Shown here: positions 62,175 to 64,000 of the stretch, piece after piece
Numbering within the stretch: position 1 is the stretch's first letter
Layout: each line of letters opens with the position of its first letter
NCBI RefSeq assembly: GCF_038025025.1
Contig: NW_027117345.1
Location: 1,426,001 to 1,490,000, forward strand
Source of the DNA: Phyllosticta citribraziliensis
Taxonomy: Eukaryota
Direction: 5' to 3'
Length of the DNA stretch: 64,000 nt
Program-made: the position numbers and the translations under genes
The notes under the pieces: generated by a model
The model's input: only the letters and a program-made list of their open reading frames with translations
What the model was told of the DNA's origin: nothing
Database searches by the model: none

Positions 62175-63515
62175 CTAGATCCTTATCTCCCGCACGGCCT
62201 CTGTGGGTGACGCTTCCTCATCCAGTTTCGTTGTCGAAAAGAAGGCGCTCGCTCGCTTCGACCATGATCCGTTCAATTCCTTGCTCCCTTCCCTGCTGCT
62301 GCCGCTGCCAGTGTCATACTGGATAGGCGAGGGCGCAAGGAATGGAAGATGGCCGTTCTGCTCGGTGTAGCGCATAACACCAAAAGCAAGGATGATGGAG
62401 AGCCAGTACAGGTTGTATGAGATGACGGACCCGTAGGTAGCGGAATTTTGCCAACCCAAGATCGCGTTGAAGATGCCCCAGCCGCCACCGCCGTTGATCT
62501 CTGGGTTGCAACACTGGACAGTTGTTAGCGCGTTGACCCGGTTGTACGTCGATGCTGTACTTACATTCACATGCCAAACGCTTTGCCTAATGTCGTATGA
62601 ACCTGGTCCAGAACCATTCTCGGCAGCATCACCCCCTGTCAGTTTAACCCAGGTGTGCTGCTGAAAGCTCCACACAGCTTTTGAAAACAGACCGGCAGCC
62701 ACCAAATACAGGAGGCACGTCGAAATGACGAGGAAGATTTGGAGAGACGTTTCGAGTCCACCTCTGGTGGTTCTGGTCAGCTTGCATCTTCGATTCCATG
62801 AGAGACAACTCACCTGTAAATCAAGTAGCCAATCAAGCAGCCAGCAGTCAATCCACATATGACGGCCAATGGGAAGCTCTCGGCAGGCAACCCCAGACCA
62901 ACGCCACCAATGAAGACGACCGCTTCGAGCCCCTCGCGCAGGACGGTTACGAAGGGGAGGATGAACATGGCGTACTTCTCGGCCCACTGCTTCATCCGAG
63001 TGGCGGCAGGGTCTTTGCGATGATCCCTTGCCTCGAGGGCCTTTGCAAGCTTGACCTTCCACTTGTCCTGCAGCTTGGAGACGCGCAGGAGGGCAGCGCC
63101 CATGATGGTGATGATGATGGCGGCGACGAGGCCGAAAACGCCCTCCCACAGGTCCTCGGTCTTTGAAAAGTACTCCTTCCCGAGGCCGTAAAAGGCGCCA
63201 ATCATGCCCGCGCCGACAACGAGGCAGATGGCCAAGCCCAACCCTACTCCGAACCATACCTGCATCAAAGTCAGTCAGATGAGAGCGATTGAAGGGAGGG
63301 AAGTACTTGCCTGGCGAACCAGTTGTTTGTGTGTTCTAGGGTCATGATCGCCGAGGGACTGCTTGAGAAAGGAAAGCAGAACGGACACGATGATGCTCGT
63401 CTCCAGGCATTCGCGCATGCAAATGAAAAAGACTGTGGTGGTAAATTAGCAGCAGCAATACAGACGGCAGAGGTGGGCAGAGAGGTTTACTGGGCACGGC
63501 GAAGACGTTGACCAT
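62175..63515 (-). CDS. FTR1: High-affinity iron permease (FTR1/FtrA)
   Basis: [19 protein letters not shown] and LREGLE (two RExxE motifs); [36 protein letters not shown]; about 4 introns. Confidence 0.93.
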
Positions 63516-64000
63516 TGTGACGGCTTAGGCAAAGGAGGCAAAGGCGAAGGTCATGGCATGCACGGTGCAAACAAAGTGGAGAGAACGAGGGGCACCTCTT
63601 TTTTAAGAATAGACACGTCTGGGAGCAGACTACCAAGGTAACCTGACTTGACTGCAGGGACTAGCCGGGTCTGTGCTCTCGAAGAGGGAAGCTTGGCCTA
63701 AGGCTTGGTTTGGTGGTCCTGTCCTTTTGGCTGCACTTCCTCCTTCAGCTGCTCCCCCCCCCACTTGCAGCGACGGACTTCTCCACCCTCGTCTCCACGC
63801 CGGATCGTCCGCCTGAGATGCATCCTGCGAGCTCATGACCATCGACCTGGCCTCGTCGTCGCTCACCACCCCCGGCAAAGTCATGCACGCCTCGAGCAGG
63901 TGGGTGCTTTTTAACAGGCGGCTGGATGCGCGGCACCCTTCCCTGTCCCGCCCGCCACCGCCAGACTCCAGCCAAGACGACGCCCAAAACGAAATAAAAT

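Overview
Eukaryotic DNA from a filamentous ascomycete (Pezizomycotina; Dothideomycete-like by inference from gene content and GT-AG introns with CTRAY branch sites). It contains about 20 mostly intron-containing genes: a SAM/HMG-box/fungal-TF protein head-to-head with a hybrid histidine kinase, choline sulfatase, an RGS-domain GPCR, a GNAT, long-chain alcohol oxidase, a Pib2-like FYVE protein, SDA1, a DUF1769 protein, two F-box-like proteins, a thioesterase, a GT2 synthase, an amidase/ABM/DODA-dioxygenase/Zn2Cys6 group, vWA and BTB-like proteins, and an FTR1 permease. I saw no tRNA, rRNA, CRISPR or intact transposon. The most notable items are the SAM-HMG-TF plus kinase divergent pair, a 3-nt microexon and an isolated 24-nt H-box exon in the kinase, long structured introns (398 nt in the alcohol oxidase gene, with competing helices), a candidate aromatic-catabolism cluster with a CGG-N7-CCG palindrome, and a 3-copy ~165-bp repeat. 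All gene models and family calls were made by eye, with no database searches.
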